31,333 nt of DNA from Candidatus Micrarchaeota archaeon (GTDB taxonomy: Archaea > Micrarchaeota > Micrarchaeia > Anstonellales > J096). Below the pieces are notes generated by a model, which was not told where the DNA came from, did no database searches, and was given only the letters and a program-made list of their open reading frames with translations. The position numbers were made by a program, and so were the translations under genes. The DNA is taken from assembly GCA_026396375.1 (NCBI GenBank), contig JAPLWW010000045.1:1-31333 (forward strand), in the 5' to 3' direction. This document shows, piece after piece, positions 9,281-17,235 of this stretch. The first letter of the stretch is position 1. Each line of letters starts with the position of its first letter.

Positions 9281-9454
9281 ATGGCAACTAAATTCATAAA
9301 AATCAAATGCATGAAATGCGGAAACTCGCAGGTCGCGTTTTCCCATACAAACAAGGACATAAGGTGCCAGAAGTGCGATGCACTGCTCTTGCAGCCGAAA
9401 GGGGGCAAGGCGCATCTTGTGGACGCTGAAATAGAAGAGGAATATAATGACTAA
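9281..9454 (+). CDS. rps27e: 30S ribosomal protein S27e (57 aa, absent from the ORF track)
   Basis: Hand translation MATKFIKIKCMKCGNSQVAFSHTNKDIRCQKCDALLLQPKGGKAHLVDAEIEEEYND* matches the S27e zinc ribbon and P.GGKA motif, in the canonical position. Confidence 0.93.
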   Translation: MATKFIKIKCMKCGNSQVAFSHTNKDIRCQKCDALLLQPKGGKAHLVDAEIEEEYND

Positions 9455-10217
9455 TGAGATCAGGCTTCCTGAGCCAGGGGAGCTTGTTGTAGGGGAGGTA
9501 AAGAAAGTCCTTAATTACGGCGCGTTCTGCTCACTTCTGGAATATCCGGGAGTCGACGGCTTCCTCCATGTCAGCGAGGTTGCAAGCAAATGGATAAGGA
9601 ACATAGGGGACTACATCAAGGAAAACCAGAAGGTAGTCATCAAGGTAACCAATGTTGAGCAGGGAAAGAACGTGGTTGATGTTTCCCTAAGGAGGGTAAA
9701 CGAGAACGAGAGAAAGCAGGTAATGGAATTCTTCGACAGCAACATAAAGGCTGAGAAGCTGCTGGACGCTGCCATAAAGAAGTCAAAGGTCAAGGCAGAG
9801 CTCAAGGAAACGATAGCAGGGATACTCAAAAGCTACAGCTCAGTCTACGATTTCGCCTACGAAGTCTATGAGAAGGGGGAAACCATAGCTGAAAAGGTCG
9901 GGATGCCGAAAAAGCTGGCAACAACATATTCCGAGCTTGTCAAGATTTCATTGAAGCCCTCAAAGGTCAATGTAAGGGCTGAGATGACAATATCCTCGTT
10001 TGATCCCAACGGCGTTGAAAGGATAAAGGAGATCCTTTCCGAGGCAGACGGGGCGGCGATAAAGTATTTGGGAGCGCCAAGATACATGATAATACTGGAA
10101 AGCGAGAATTTCAAGAGCGCCAACAAGAAGATAACCTCCATACTGACAAACATAGCGAAGAAGGCAAAGCAGTCAGGCGTCTCATTTGAATACGAGCTGA
10201 TGAAGAACGAAGGTTGA
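9447..10217 (+). CDS. eif2a: Translation initiation factor 2 subunit alpha
   Basis: LPEPGELVVGEVKKVLNYGAFCSLLEY...GFLHVSEVASKWIRNI (S1 domain) and YLGAPRY near the C-terminus. Confidence 0.96.
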   Translation: MTNEIRLPEPGELVVGEVKKVLNYGAFCSLLEYPGVDGFLHVSEVASKWIRNIGDYIKENQKVVIKVTNVEQGKNVVDVSLRRVNENERKQVMEFFDSNIKAEKLLDAAIKKSKVKAELKETIAGILKSYSSVYDFAYEVYEKGETIAEKVGMPKKLATTYSELVKISLKPSKVNVRAEMTISSFDPNGVERIKEILSEADGAAIKYLGAPRYMIILESENFKSANKKITSILTNIAKKAKQSGVSFEYELMKNEG

Positions 10218-10218
10218 C

Positions 10219-10389
10219 ATGTCCGATATCCTAAGAAGGCTGAGAAGGTGCGTCAAGTGCGGATCCTTTACATTGGGGATTTACCACTGCAATGAGCTTG
10301 CGACAAACGCACACAGCCCGGTTTTTAAGCCTTTTGAAAGATACTCTATTTATAGGCTGAAAGAGAAGATCAATAATGAAAGGAACTGA
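10219..10389 (+). CDS. nop10: H/ACA RNP protein Nop10 (56 aa, absent from the ORF track)
   Basis: Hand translation MSDILRRLRRCVKCGSFTLGIYHCNELATNAHSPVFKPFERYSIYRLKEKINNERN* fits the Nop10 pattern CxxCGxxTL...AHxPxF.P...Y..YR. Canonical position between eIF2a and PAC2. Confidence 0.85.
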   Translation: MSDILRRLRRCVKCGSFTLGIYHCNELATNAHSPVFKPFERYSIYRLKEKINNERN

Positions 10390-11128
10390 AATAGTGCTAA
10401 GAAAGAAGCTGGGCAAGCTCAGAAACCCCCTATTGATAGTGGGCCTTCCGGGCGTGGGCTTCATAGGAAGGGTTGTGGCAAAATACATGATAGACAAGCT
10501 AAAGGGAGAAAGGTTCGCAGACATCTATTCCTCGCATTTCCCGCCCCACGCGATAATGACAAGGAAGGGAATCCTAAGGCTGATCAAGAATTCACTCTAT
10601 CTGATAAAGGGAAAGAAAAGGGACGTTATCATTCTTTACGGGGAAACCCAGTCAGTGACAACAGAGGGAAGCTATGAGTTCTCGGCAAGGGTGCTTGAGC
10701 TTTGCAGGCATCTGAAGGTCACTGAGATAATGACAATAGGAGGCTATGCAACTGGCAAGCTCATAAAGGAGCCCAGGATATTCGGGGCAGCAAACTCAAA
10801 GAAATACCTGAACATGCTGAAGCAGAAAAAGGTAGTTTTCGGGAAATCATTCGGCGCAATAGCAGGCATGGCAGGGCTCCTTCCTGCAATGGCAAAGGCC
10901 GAGAAGATAAGGTCTGTCTGCCTCATGGGGGAAACGCACGGAGGCTTTGTCGACGCTGTTGCCTCAAGCAGGATACTGGAGTTCCTTGAGCTTTATCTAG
11001 ATGTAAAGATAGACATGGCCGAGATAGACAAGGCAGTGAAGATCAACGAGGCAGTCATCAAGAAAGTGGAGGAAGAGATAAAGAAGCAGGTTTCCGAGAC
11101 TGTTTCAAAGCCAAGCTACATAAGGTGA
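10376..11128 (+). CDS. Proteasome assembly chaperone, PAC2 family
   Basis: LIVGLPGVGFIGRVVAKY, TIGGY.TG, GAIAGMAGLL, CLMGETHG..VD and C-terminal YIR. Canonical synteny. Confidence 0.9.
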   Translation: MKGTEIVLRKKLGKLRNPLLIVGLPGVGFIGRVVAKYMIDKLKGERFADIYSSHFPPHAIMTRKGILRLIKNSLYLIKGKKRDVIILYGETQSVTTEGSYEFSARVLELCRHLKVTEIMTIGGYATGKLIKEPRIFGAANSKKYLNMLKQKKVVFGKSFGAIAGMAGLLPAMAKAEKIRSVCLMGETHGGFVDAVASSRILEFLELYLDVKIDMAEIDKAVKINEAVIKKVEEEIKKQVSETVSKPSYIR

Positions 11129-11141
11129 TTTTATAGTTTCA

Positions 11142-11828
11142 ATGGACAAGGCCATCATAGGCAGGATAGTTAAGAACGGGGAGAAGTTCGAGGTTTTCCT
11201 TGACCCTGACAACGCATACGCATATATCGAGAAAAAGAAGCCTGACTTAAGGAACATCCTGATTTCAGACGAAATCTTCAAGGATGCCAAAAAAGGAGAT
11301 CGCCAGGGACCGATGGCAGTCAAGAAGGCCTTTGGCACAGACGACATTTATGTAATATTAAAGGAGATCTTCGACAAGGGGGAAGTCCAATTGACAACAG
11401 AGCAGAAGAAGAACATGGCAGAGGAGAAGAAAAAGAAGATTTTAGGATTCATAACAAGAGAGGCAATAGACGCAAGGACAAATGCCCCGATACCGGAGAA
11501 GAGGATAGAGCTGGCAATGGAGGAAATAAGGTTCCATGTGGATCCCTTCAAGCCTGCGGAGCAGCAGGTGAACGACCTGATAAAGGAATTAAGGCTCAAG
11601 ATACCCATAAAGTTCGAGAAAGTGAGGCTTGAAGTCAGGATTTTGGCAGAATACTCATCAAGAGCATATGGGGTTTTAAAATATTACGGGCTAAAGAATG
11701 AGAATTGGACCTCTTCAGGAGAGCTTGTTGGCATATTAGAGATCCCTGCAGGAATTCAGGGCGAAGTTCTTGATAAACTCAACAAAGCGACCCAAGGCAC
11801 GGTCCAAGTGAAGATAACGCAACAATGA
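11142..11828 (+). CDS. sdo1: Ribosome maturation protein SBDS/Sdo1
   Basis: GEKFEVFLDP, IFKDAKKGD, AFGTDD, GEVQLTTEQ, IDARTNAPIPEKRIELAMEE...DPFK. Confidence 0.95.
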   Translation: MDKAIIGRIVKNGEKFEVFLDPDNAYAYIEKKKPDLRNILISDEIFKDAKKGDRQGPMAVKKAFGTDDIYVILKEIFDKGEVQLTTEQKKNMAEEKKKKILGFITREAIDARTNAPIPEKRIELAMEEIRFHVDPFKPAEQQVNDLIKELRLKIPIKFEKVRLEVRILAEYSSRAYGVLKYYGLKNENWTSSGELVGILEIPAGIQGEVLDKLNKATQGTVQVKITQQ

Positions 11829-11857
11829 AAAAATAATGCTAAAACGAGGTGCAAATT

Positions 11858-12457
11858 ATGAAAGAAATATATATACCCGGAGACAAGCTGCCCACATCGG
11901 TGCGGGTCTCCAGGCTTAACCAGAATGCTGTGAGGAAGACGGGCAACGTGCTCTACGCCACAGTGGTAGGATCGGTCGACGAGGACATGTTCATGCCCTT
12001 TGAGATGGTCTACATCCCCAAGGAAGGGGATTCAATAGTGGGCATAGTGACAGACAAGAGGAACATAGGCTATTTCATAGACACGGGAACTGCCTATGAG
12101 GGGCTGATCCTTTCAAGGGAGACAAGGGCAGATTTCCACGTAGGGGACATAATATTCGCAAAAGGCGAAAGGATTGAGGAGCCGGACACGGTCATACTCT
12201 CAAATCCCAAGCTTCTTGACGTAGGAAGGATCCTTGACGTTCCATCCTCCAAGATCCCAAGGCTTATAGGGAAGGAGGCAAGCATGATAAACATGATAAA
12301 GGAAAAGACAGGCGCAAGCATCCTTGTAGGCGCAAACGGATATGTCTGGATAAGCTCGAAAGGAAAGGTGAACAAGGCAATCCAGGCCATAAACAAGATA
12401 ATCAGCAAGGCGCACCTGACCGGTCTTACAGACGAGATAACAAAGTTTTTAGGGTGA
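11858..12457 (+). CDS. rrp4: Exosome RNA-binding cap protein Rrp4
   Basis: YIPKEGDSIVGIV (S1) and VPSSKIPRLIGKEASMINMIK...VGANGYVWI (KH). GAGGTG RBS before ATG 11858. Confidence 0.92.
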   Translation: MKEIYIPGDKLPTSVRVSRLNQNAVRKTGNVLYATVVGSVDEDMFMPFEMVYIPKEGDSIVGIVTDKRNIGYFIDTGTAYEGLILSRETRADFHVGDIIFAKGERIEEPDTVILSNPKLLDVGRILDVPSSKIPRLIGKEASMINMIKEKTGASILVGANGYVWISSKGKVNKAIQAINKIISKAHLTGLTDEITKFLG

Positions 12458-12462
12458 AAAAC

Positions 12463-13209
12463 ATGGGAAGTCACAATCCAAACATAAAATTGATAGTTGA
12501 TGGCAAAAGGCTTGACGGAAGGGCCTTTGACCAGCTAAGGAACATAAGCATAAACGTTGGCGTGCTTGAAAACGCGGTTGGCTCAGCCCAGGTGATCTGG
12601 GGGGACAACAAGGTTGTCGCAGGAGTCTACGGGCCAAGGGACGTTTTCCCGAAATACCAGCAGAAGCCAGACAAGGCGTTCATAAGGACGATCTATTCGA
12701 TGGCAACATTCGCCTCGATAGAGGAACATAGCAGGTCCGGGCCAAACAAAAGGAGCCAGGAGATATCATTTGTCCTTTCAGAGGCATTCGAAAACGTGCT
12801 CATGGTGGAGAAATTCCCCGGGAAGATGATAGACCTTCACATAACTGTGCTGCAGGCGGCTGCGGGGACAAGGCTGGCGGCATTCCTGGCAGGGATGGCA
12901 GCGCTCATAGACGGAGGGTTTCCGCTCAATGAGATAGCTGCAGGAGTCTCGGCAGGAAAGGCGGACGGGGCGCTTGTCCTTGACCTTGACAAGGCAGAGG
13001 ACAACTTCGGCCAGTCTGACCTTCCAATAGTGTACAACTCCTCAGGGGAGATAATCCTCCTCCAGATGGACGGGAAGATGACAAGGGATGAGCTAACGGA
13101 AAGCATAGAGCTTACTTCAGCAAAGTCAAAGGACATAATGGATCTCATAAGGAAAGCGGTTGAGAGGAAATATGCCGGCGAAGTGAAGACAGAGCTCAAC
13201 TTCAGGTGA
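12463..13209 (+). CDS. rrp41: Exosome complex exonuclease Rrp41
   Basis: RLDGRAFDQLR, GSA, VYGPRDVFP, AGTR, LDLDKAEDNFGQSDLP, LLQMDG. GGTGA RBS before ATG 12463. Confidence 0.94.
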   Translation: MGSHNPNIKLIVDGKRLDGRAFDQLRNISINVGVLENAVGSAQVIWGDNKVVAGVYGPRDVFPKYQQKPDKAFIRTIYSMATFASIEEHSRSGPNKRSQEISFVLSEAFENVLMVEKFPGKMIDLHITVLQAAAGTRLAAFLAGMAALIDGGFPLNEIAAGVSAGKADGALVLDLDKAEDNFGQSDLPIVYNSSGEIILLQMDGKMTRDELTESIELTSAKSKDIMDLIRKAVERKYAGEVKTELNFR

Positions 13210-13214
13210 TCACA

Positions 13215-13951
13215 ATGGTAAAAGAAAGCATATTGAAAAGGATAAGGAAGGATTTCCTGATGGAAGTCCTTGAAAGCGGGGAACTCCCAATGTCATAGAC
13301 AGCGCGGAAGGGTCTGCATTGGCCCAGATAGGCAACACAAAGGTCCTTGCGGGTGTAAAATTATCCATGATGGAGCCTTTTGCGGATGAGCCAAACAAGG
13401 GAGTCCTAATCATGGGGGCAGAGCTTCTGCCGATGGCATCCCCAACCTTCGAGCCAGGGCCTCCTGACGAAAGGAGCATCGAGTTCAGCAGGGTAGTGGA
13501 CAGGGGGATAAGGAGCTCGGAGATAATCAACATGGAAAGCCTATTCGTAGAGGAGGGCAAGGTCCTCGGCCTGTTCATAGACTTGTATGTGCTTGACTAC
13601 GGCGGAAACTTGTTTGACACTGGAACATTGGCAGCAATGTCTGCATTGAAGAACACAAGGATGCCGAAGATAGAGAGCGGGGAGCTCATAAGGGGGGAAT
13701 ACACCGGGAACCTGCCCCTTGGCGGATACCCATTGTCCAGCACATTTGTGAAGATAGGAAACTTCACGATGCTTGACCCTGAAATCCATGAGGAAAGCGC
13801 AGCAGACGCGAGGCTGACCATATGTACTTGCGAAGAGAACATCGTTGCGATGCAGAAGGGAGGCGTCGGCGCATTCAAGAAGGAGGAAGTGCTTAACTTA
13901 ATAAATGTTTCATTTGAGAAAAGGGACATACTAATGAAGCATATCAGGTGA
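13215..13951 (+). pseudogene. rrp42: Exosome complex component Rrp42, disrupted by a frameshifting deletion near 13280-13283
   Basis: Frame A (ATG 13215) reads MVKESILKRIRKDFLMEVLESG, then runs into TAG 13296-13298. Frame B reads TPNVIDSAEGSALAQIGNTKVLAGVK...PFADEPNKG...PGPPDERSIEFSRVVDRGIRSS...LDYGGNLFD through to 13951. The RxDGR segment is missing. Confidence 0.85.
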
Positions 13952-13955
13952 TTTC

Positions 13956-14195
13956 ATGCTCAGGACAGTAAAATTCGGAAGGAAGATAAGGAACCTCTAC
14001 AACGAGGCAGTGAAGAGCACAAAGGCAGGCTATGAGTGCCCAAAATGCGGGAAGGTGGGCAAGATGAAGAGGGAATCCTATTCAATCTGGCTCTGCAAGT
14101 CCTGCGGCGCGATAATGGCAGGAGGGGCATACTCCCTGAATACAGAGGCAGGGGAGACCATCAAGAGGATCATCTCTACATTGCACAAGAAGTGA
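13956..14195 (+). CDS. rpl37ae: 50S ribosomal protein L37Ae
   Basis: KFGRKIR...YECPKCGK...KRESYSIWLCKSCGAIMAGGAY, in the canonical position after rrp42. Confidence 0.93.
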   Translation: MLRTVKFGRKIRNLYNEAVKSTKAGYECPKCGKVGKMKRESYSIWLCKSCGAIMAGGAYSLNTEAGETIKRIISTLHKK

Positions 14196-14199
14196 AAAC

Positions 14200-14337
14200 T
14201 TGGTAAACGACAAGGTTTGGCTCACAGGGGAGAAAATAGAGATAAAGGACATCAAGACATATGCGCTTGCGCTTTCAGGGGCAAAGATCCTTATCAAGGA
14301 AAGGCCCCCTGTTGCAAAAGAGGTAAGCACAGATTGA
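14200..14337 (+). CDS. rpoP: RNA polymerase subunit P (Rpo12), cysteine-free variant, 45 aa (absent from the ORF track)
   Basis: TTG start: MVNDKVWLTGEKIEIKDIKTYALALSGAKILIKERPPVAKEVSTD*. The C-terminus matches the Rpo12 G.KILIKERP.V.K.V signature. It sits in the canonical slot between rpl37ae and Brix, and its stop overlaps the Brix TTG. Confidence 0.8.
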   Translation: MVNDKVWLTGEKIEIKDIKTYALALSGAKILIKERPPVAKEVSTD

Positions 14338-14786
14338 TTTTTTTCACAACCTCGCTTAATCCTAATCCCAAAACAAGGGAACTTGCGCGGTCCCTTTCCA
14401 ATCTATTCTTCGGCATCTATTTCAACAGGGGAAGCAGGAGCTTTTCCGATATAATCAAAAGGGCGGAATCATCAGGATGCTCAAGGGTATGCTTCATAAC
14501 CCTGGAGCTTGGAAAGCCTTTATTGAAAATGGCCTCCGTATCTAATAACAATTGGGAATGGATCGATTCTATGAAGGTTGGAAAATATTCCAACAAAAAG
14601 ATAAAACAGGAAAAGGCATTGGGAAGCTCAGTGTTTTCCAAATCCAGGAAGATAAACAGCATCTTTGGATTGGAGAAAAACCCTTTTGGGAATACCGTTG
14701 ATCTGTCCTATTCAAAGAAAAAGCTTTTGTTCAAAAAAGATGGAAAGGAGGTGTTTTGGCTTGAAGGAACTATCGTTAAGCGCTGA
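14334..14786 (+). CDS. Brix-domain rRNA maturation protein
   Basis: MIFFTTSLNPNPKTRELARSL...YFNRGSRSFSDI resembles Brix ITTSRxPSxRTRxFAxxL...xxRGKxS. GAGGT RBS before TTG 14334. Confidence 0.75.
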   Translation: MIFFTTSLNPNPKTRELARSLSNLFFGIYFNRGSRSFSDIIKRAESSGCSRVCFITLELGKPLLKMASVSNNNWEWIDSMKVGKYSNKKIKQEKALGSSVFSKSRKINSIFGLEKNPFGNTVDLSYSKKKLLFKKDGKEVFWLEGTIVKR

Positions 14787-14997
14787 GATAAGGGTCAAGG
14801 GGAAAAAGAAAAACCTTTTGGCAATAAAGGATTCCATCCTTGAGACAAGGACAGACAGGATGAAAAGCTTGGTTGTTATTTCCAAAGACGGAAAGGAGCT
14901 GACAATACGGGTAGATGCGGATGACGCAACCGCGCTCCGTGCTGGTTTAAATACTTTTCTTAGGATATTGCAATCAATCTACGATCTAGAGGTATAG
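14761..14997 (+). CDS. pcc1: KEOPS complex subunit Pcc1
   Basis: LTIRVDADDATALRAGLNTFLRIL is the Pcc1 signature. GGAGGTG RBS at 14746-14752 before TTG 14761. Confidence 0.85.
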   Translation: MKELSLSAEIRVKGKKKNLLAIKDSILETRTDRMKSLVVISKDGKELTIRVDADDATALRAGLNTFLRILQSIYDLEV

Positions 14998-14999
14998 TT

Positions 15000-15347
15000 A
15001 TGGCAGTTGAAAAATCGAACATTGAAGACAGGATAATAGAGTTCCAGAAGATGGAGAAGCAGCTTGAGATGTACATGGGCCAGAGATACCAGTTTGAGAT
15101 GCAATTGGCTGAAACATCGATCGCCTTGGAGGAGATCGGAATCCTTGAGGAGAATTCAGAGCTTTACAAGTCAACAGGGGGCTTTTTCATAAAGACAAAG
15201 AAAAGCATAGCCTTGGACGAGCTGAACGGAAGGAAGTCCCTTCTTGAAAGCAGGATAAAGATGTTCAAGGACCAGGAGGACAAGCTCAAGTCCAACCTTA
15301 CAAGGCTTGGAAAAAGCCTTGAGGAAGAGATGAAGAACTCAAAGTGA
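15000..15347 (+). CDS. pfdB: Prefoldin subunit beta
   Basis: Coiled coil - ALEEI...LYKSTGGFFIK - coiled coil. Canonical position after pcc1. Confidence 0.9.
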   Translation: MAVEKSNIEDRIIEFQKMEKQLEMYMGQRYQFEMQLAETSIALEEIGILEENSELYKSTGGFFIKTKKSIALDELNGRKSLLESRIKMFKDQEDKLKSNLTRLGKSLEEEMKNSK

Positions 15348-15354
15348 AATCCAG

Positions 15355-16326
15355 ATGGATGACTTTGGCTCCTTTTTCAAGAAATACGGGAAAAGCAAGC
15401 TTATTTTCGCCTGCCATTCAAGGGCAGACATAGACAGCTTGGCTTCTGCCCATGTTCTGGCAAAAAGGTTTGAGAACAGCATTCTGCTTATTTCAAAGGG
15501 AATGAACTACGCAACCGGAAAGCTGATTGAGGAGTTTAACGTAAAATATGAGACTCCTGAAACAGTGCTCTTTGCCGATTTTGACGGCGTTGTTTCCGTC
15601 GATGCAAGCAACTACGGGCTTTATGAGCTGGACAAGGCATTTCCAATCATTGCCGTTTTTGACCATCACCAGAAATCCTTCAACGGGTTTGAAGGGGAGT
15701 TCAATTTCATTGATTCCAATGCTAAGGCGACTGCGGAAGTTGTTTTCAGGATCTTTGAAAAAACACTGGATAAGGAGGATTCTGGCCTTCTTGGAACCGC
15801 GCTCATTTCAGACACTTCGAGGTTCAAGTCGGCAACAGCAGAGACGTTTGAGATATTGGGAAAATTGATAAAGAAATCCGGGAAAACCTACGAGGAGCTT
15901 CTGAACCTTGCCTACCCTCCTTTGCCTAATGACGAGAAGATCGCGATGCTCAAGGCAATGCAGAGGGTGGAATTCTTCGAGCACCAGGGATTCATGATCG
16001 CAGTTTCCCAGACAGGGACAAAGATAGCGGAATCATCATCATTGATTTCGGAAGGAGCCGATGTTGTGTTTGTGGGGAGGTATGACAAGTTCGAGCAAAG
16101 GTCAATGGTCTCCGCAAGGGCAAGCTCAACATTCCCATTGCCGCTAAACAAGATAATGGAGGAAGTCGGAAAGAACTTCAAGAGCTCGGGAGGCGGGCAT
16201 CCAAAGGCATCAGGGGCATTCGCCTTCGCGCCATTGGACGAGGTATTGGAATACTGCGTAGAGACAGTCAGGAAGGAAATAGACAGGAACAACCTCAATT
16301 ATGAACAGATAGTCCCGAGGAAATGA
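15355..16326 (+). CDS. DHH/DHHA1 family phosphoesterase (NrnA-like)
   Basis: HSRADIDS, VDAS, DHH, ISDTSRF and GGGHPKASG motifs. Confidence 0.9.
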   Translation: MDDFGSFFKKYGKSKLIFACHSRADIDSLASAHVLAKRFENSILLISKGMNYATGKLIEEFNVKYETPETVLFADFDGVVSVDASNYGLYELDKAFPIIAVFDHHQKSFNGFEGEFNFIDSNAKATAEVVFRIFEKTLDKEDSGLLGTALISDTSRFKSATAETFEILGKLIKKSGKTYEELLNLAYPPLPNDEKIAMLKAMQRVEFFEHQGFMIAVSQTGTKIAESSSLISEGADVVFVGRYDKFEQRSMVSARASSTFPLPLNKIMEEVGKNFKSSGGGHPKASGAFAFAPLDEVLEYCVETVRKEIDRNNLNYEQIVPRK

Positions 16327-16457
16327 ATATGGAAATCACAATTGACCTCCTTGCAGTCGCGAAAATGCAGAGAATGGACAATGAACTAAGAGAAGGCAAG
16401 CGCAAGCTGATAAGCAAGGAAAAAGCCCTTGGCAAATATGCAAAATTGCTGAAGTAA
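16323..16457 (+). CDS. Small hypothetical protein (44 aa)
   Basis: ATG overlaps the DHH stop (ATGA), with GAGGA upstream: MNMEITIDLLAVAKMQRMDNELREGKRKLISKEKALGKYAKLLK*. Confidence 0.4.
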   Translation: MNMEITIDLLAVAKMQRMDNELREGKRKLISKEKALGKYAKLLK

Positions 16458-16523
16458 GGCCCCGAGGAAATGAATTTCGCCAATCAATCACTAGATATAT
16501 ATATTTCGATTTCAAATTATACC

Positions 16524-17102
16524 ATGAGAATCGCAATATTGGTAATAGCTCTTGGATTAGTGCTTCTTTTCGGATGCGTTGGGCAGACAGAAACTCAAAA
16601 AAGAGGATATGCTACAGTTGATTTGTTGGAGGCTATTTATAATAATGATACTGCTCTTGCACAAAGCAGTATACAAAAAGGGGCAGATGTAAATGATAGA
16701 GATAACAGGGGTTATACCATGCTCATGACTGCGGCAGCTTGGGGACGACCTTATATAGCCGGGCTCTTGATTCAAAATGGCGCGGACGTGAATGCAATAA
16801 ATCCATACGGCGATACTGCACTTCTTCAGTTACATTCTGGTCAGGATACTAATTATAATGCAGATGTAGTTAGGATCCTAATTGACAATGGGGCAAATAT
16901 AGATGCAATGAGTAATGGTGGTTTTACTCCGCTCATGTATTCCGCAAATCGTGGAAAGACCGATGCTGTCAAATTGCTAATTGAAAAAGGTGCGAATGTC
17001 AATGTGAAAAATAGTTATAATTATACAGCGCTCTATTATGCCAAACAAGGTGGATACACCGAAATCATCAACATTCTGAAGCAGGCAGGCGCGAAGGAAT
17101 AA
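16524..17102 (+). CDS. Secreted/lipid-anchored ankyrin-repeat protein
   Basis: Signal peptide MRIAILVIALGLVLLFGC (lipobox-like), then about 4 ankyrin repeats (GADVNDRDNRGYTMLMTAA, GADVNAINPYGDTALL, GANIDAMSNGGFTPLMYSA, GANVNVKNSYNYTALYYA). Confidence 0.9.
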   Translation: MRIAILVIALGLVLLFGCVGQTETQKRGYATVDLLEAIYNNDTALAQSSIQKGADVNDRDNRGYTMLMTAAAWGRPYIAGLLIQNGADVNAINPYGDTALLQLHSGQDTNYNADVVRILIDNGANIDAMSNGGFTPLMYSANRGKTDAVKLLIEKGANVNVKNSYNYTALYYAKQGGYTEIINILKQAGAKE

Positions 17103-17235
17103 TTCTTTATTTTTCCTTTTGAATTTGGCAACTATCAGCGCTAGGTTGTAAAAAAAGACAGCTGATGTTTATCTTTCCATTATCTGAATTCATCCTTTTA
17201 AACTCTTTCCATGAATATTTTTTCTAGTTGATCAA

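Noticed and set aside
14217-14333. Cys-rich N-terminal extension of the Brix ORF in the ORF track (MAHRGEN...CACAF...PCCK)
   Set aside because: It is the off-frame reading of rpoP. Brix homology and an RBS start at TTG 14334. These Cys are not in zinc-ribbon spacing and do not rescue RpoP.
14665-14760. N-terminal extension of Pcc1 in the ORF track
   Set aside because: It overlaps the Brix coding region, and a strong GGAGGTG RBS points to TTG 14761.
17125-17170. ATCAGC...GCTGAT inverted repeat between the ankyrin and AMP phosphorylase genes
   Set aside because: Only 6 bp with a long loop, which is expected by chance. No second copy was noticed.
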